The position numbers were made by a program, and so were the translations under genes. Below are positions 60,972 through 64,000 of a stretch of DNA of 64,000 nucleotides, one piece after another. Origin of the DNA: Eledone cirrhosa (lineage: Eukaryota); the NCBI GenBank assembly GCA_964016885.1, contig OZ024764.1, positions 13,516,001 through 13,580,000 of the forward strand, in the 5' to 3' direction. How positions within the stretch are numbered: position 1 is the first letter of the stretch; each line of letters opens with the position of its first letter. A model generated the notes under the pieces. It saw nothing but the letters and a program-made list of their open reading frames with translations, was not told where the DNA came from and made no database searches.

Positions 60972-61007
60972 TCTTCTGATGAAGGACCAGTGTCCAAAAC
61001 GTTAAGA
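60972..61007 (+). ncRNA. Minimal hammerhead motif with GAAA changed to AAAA
   Basis: tctt-CTGATGA-aggac cagt gtcc-AAAAC-GTT-aaga. Helix I tctt/aaga and palindromic AACGTT. Confidence 0.6.
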
Positions 61008-61170
61008 CTCTTTTCCTGCTATTTCAAGCGTAAAACTAATATATTTCTTCAATGTACTGTGTCGTTTGATTTGTTATTTCTATTTGCCTTTTACACACAC
61101 ACACACACTTATATATATAGTGTATATTTGTATATTATATCTAGTGTGTATATATATATATGTATATATG

Positions 61171-61251
<81 letters not shown>

Positions 61252-61262
61252 GTATGTATATA

Positions 61263-61337
<75 letters not shown>

Positions 61338-61569
61338 AAAAATTGAACGGGAACAAAACAGAGAGGCAGTACGAACAAAGGTTTATTAGTTTCACGCTCT
61401 TGAGAGTGGGGATATGTATATATATATATATATGTGTATATATATATATATATGTGTATATATATATATGTGTATATATATATATGTATATACGAAGGAA
61501 TATTTATAGGTTTACATATTTATGCATATATATTTATGCATATATATGTATGTATATATATATATATAC

Positions 61570-61600
<31 letters not shown>

Positions 61601-61623
61601 CATATATTTATATATATACATAC

Positions 61624-61666
<43 letters not shown>

Positions 61667-61696
61667 TTAATATATAATAAACAACACAGTATAATT

Positions 61697-61766
61697 ACCT
61701 CATTACCCGAGCTTTCCCGAACAGGTCGAACACAAGAGACGTCCGTATTCGTTCGTCAGATAAGGC
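61697..61766 (-). ncRNA. Hammerhead ribozyme motif, family G
   Basis: Reverse strand gccttat-CTGACGA-acgaatacgg...cctgttcgg-GAAA-gctcggGTA-atgaggt. Helix I gccttat/atgaggt. Confidence 0.65.
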
Positions 61767-61838
61767 AAGTTTAGCTCTGTTACTTACATAGAGCACTCTA
61801 CATTCCTTTTACGTTTTCCACGGAAACTTCAACACCTA

Positions 61839-61975
<137 letters not shown>

Positions 61976-61989
61976 ATCAGAAGAAGGGA

Positions 61990-63450
61990 GGTTGGTGTAA
62001 AAGCCAAACTCCCTATCTTCAATTTGGTATTCATGCCGACCCTTACATATGGTCATGAATCTTGGGTAATGACCGAAAGAATACGATCGCAAATGCAAGC
62101 GGCCACGAATGGGGTTCCTCCGAAGTGTCTTTGGTGTAATGTTACTCTATAAAGTGCGTAGCTCGAAGATCAGAGAGTCACTCCAGGTAGAGCTGCTATT
62201 TCTTCAAATTGAGAGATCACAGCTCTGATACTACAGACATGTAGTTAGAATGTCTCAGGAAAGAATCTGAATTGAGAGATCACAGCTCTGATACTACAGA
62301 CATGTGGATAGAATGTCTCAGGAAAGAATCTCTGAATTGGGAGATCACAGCTCTGATACTACAGACATGTAGTTAGAATGTCTCAGGAAAGAATCTGAAT
62401 TGAGAGATCACAGCTCTGATACTACAGACATGTGGTTAGAATGTCTGAGGAAAGAATCTCTAAATTGAGAGATCACAGCTCTGATACTACAGACATGTGG
62501 TTAGAATGTCTCAGGAAAGAATCTCCTAATTGAGATATCACAGCTCTGATACTACAGACATGTGGTCAGAATGTCTCAGGAAAGAATCTCTGAATTGAGA
62601 TATCACAGCTCTGATACTACAGACATGTGGTTAGAATGTCTGAGGAAAGAATCTCTAAATTGAGAGATCACAGCTCTGATACTACAGACATGTGGTTAGA
62701 ATGTCTCAGGAAAGAATCTCCTAATTGAGATATCACAGCTCTGATACAACAGACATGTGGTTAGAATGTCTCAAGAAAGAATCTCTGAATTGAAAGATCA
62801 CAGCTCTGATACTACAGACATGTGATTAGAATGTCTCAGGAAAGAATCTGAATTGAGAGAACACAGCTCTGATACTACAGACATGTAGTTAGAATGTCTC
62901 AGGAAAGAATCTCTGAATTGAGAGACCACAGCTCTGATACTACAGACATGTAGTTAGAATGTCTCAGGAAAGAATATGCTAATTGAGAGGTCACAGCTCT
63001 GATACTACAAACATGTGGTTAGAATGTCTCAGGAAAGAATCTCTGAATTGAGATATCACAGCTCTGATACTACAGACATGTGGTTAGAATGTCTGAGGAA
63101 AGAATCTCTAAATTGAGATATCACAGCTCTGATACTACAGACATGTGGTTAGAATGTCTGAGGAAAGAATCTCCTAATTGAGAGATCACAGCTCTGATAC
63201 TACAGATATGTGGTTAGAATGTCTCAGGAAAGAATCGCTGGTCAGATTTTAAGGGCAAAACCAACTAACAGGAGACCCAGAGGTAGACTCTGAGCAAGAT
63301 GGTAGGATAACATCCATGAGCTTGGCTGGTCACGCTTGGGGATCCAGCCGGATCTGTTGGAGACTGTTGCTTCTGACAGAACCCGCTGGAAGGAGTGATT
63401 AAGGACTTTGGCCCTACGACCCTCTCAGGAATAAGTGGGCGAACAGAAAG
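61990..63450 (+). mobile_element. Second RTE-clade LINE 3' fragment containing the same 65-bp array
   Basis: [26 protein letters not shown]...KVRSSKIRESLQVELLFLQIERSQL...RW*DNIHELGWSRLGIQP. Confidence 0.88.
62207..63237 (+). repeat. 65-bp LINE-derived minisatellite, about 16 copies
   Basis: Same unit as 46411-47833, with some 63-bp variants. Confidence 0.95.
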
Positions 63451-63469
63451 AAAATCTATACAGGATCTT

Positions 63470-63735
63470 TTGTGAACTCGGGTTTATGGTTGGGAACTGA
63501 GCTGAAGCAGCTTCTAACCACTGGCATTCATCTTACCGAAGCCGTAATGGCCTAGTGCATTCCATGTCTCGTGGTCTCTGCCAACTCGGCATTGAAATCA
63601 CCAAGAATAATCACTTTTCCTTCGACTCGAGTAGATGTAATTGTAGCGAGAATGGATTCATAGAATGTCATAATAATCTCTTCACTGGCCTGAAGAGTTG
63701 GAGCATAAACTGACAGTGTTTTGATCTTAGACATG
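63470..63735 (-). pseudogene. LINE AP-endonuclease fragment (RTE-like)
   Basis: TLSVYAPTLQASEEIIMTFYESILATI...KVIILGDFNAE contains the YAPT and GDFNA motifs. Truncated by (CTA)n. Confidence 0.85.
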
Positions 63736-63736
63736 T

Positions 63737-63788
<52 letters not shown>

Positions 63789-63835
63789 GTTACTACTACT
63801 ACTACTACTACTGTTACTACTACTACTACTACTGT

Positions 63836-63881
<46 letters not shown>

Positions 63882-63883
63882 GT

Positions 63884-63923
<40 letters not shown>

Positions 63924-63925
63924 GT

Positions 63926-63963
<38 letters not shown>

Positions 63964-64000
63964 TTGATCTTACACATGTTACTACTACTACTACTACTAC
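63736..64000. repeat. (CTA)n microsatellite
   Basis: Visible in sequence; the junction tttgatctta(g/c)acatgtt is duplicated at about 63720 and 63963. Confidence 0.9.

Overview
Eukaryotic, very AT-rich, microsatellite-dominated DNA. The repeat make-up ((TA)n/(CA)n seas, tRNA-derived SINEs, RTE and CR1-type LINE fragments) is most like an octopus/coleoid cephalopod genome; this is inference. Almost all listed ORFs are microsatellite artefacts. There is one credible host coding exon (+ strand, acceptor before 53919, ATG 54031, donor after 55755). It encodes an N/Q/H-rich low-complexity protein N-terminus split by an apparent 1-bp deletion near 54868. The rest is mobile DNA: a tRNA-derived SINE (about 15 copies), a CORE/V-type SINE, RTE and CR1-like LINE pieces, hAT- and piggyBac-like MITEs, and at least 8 minisatellites, several amplified from inside those elements. 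The most striking signal is that many 100-350 bp non-repetitive islands within (TA)n tracts carry type I hammerhead-ribozyme motifs (CUGANGA...GAAA...NUH with a closing helix I) from several unrelated families. Many islands are fold-back palindromes, and in several the turning point lies at the ribozyme's helix II. This suggests a population of short, (TA)n-associated, Penelope-like ribozyme retroelements. All ribozyme calls were made by eye and are untested.
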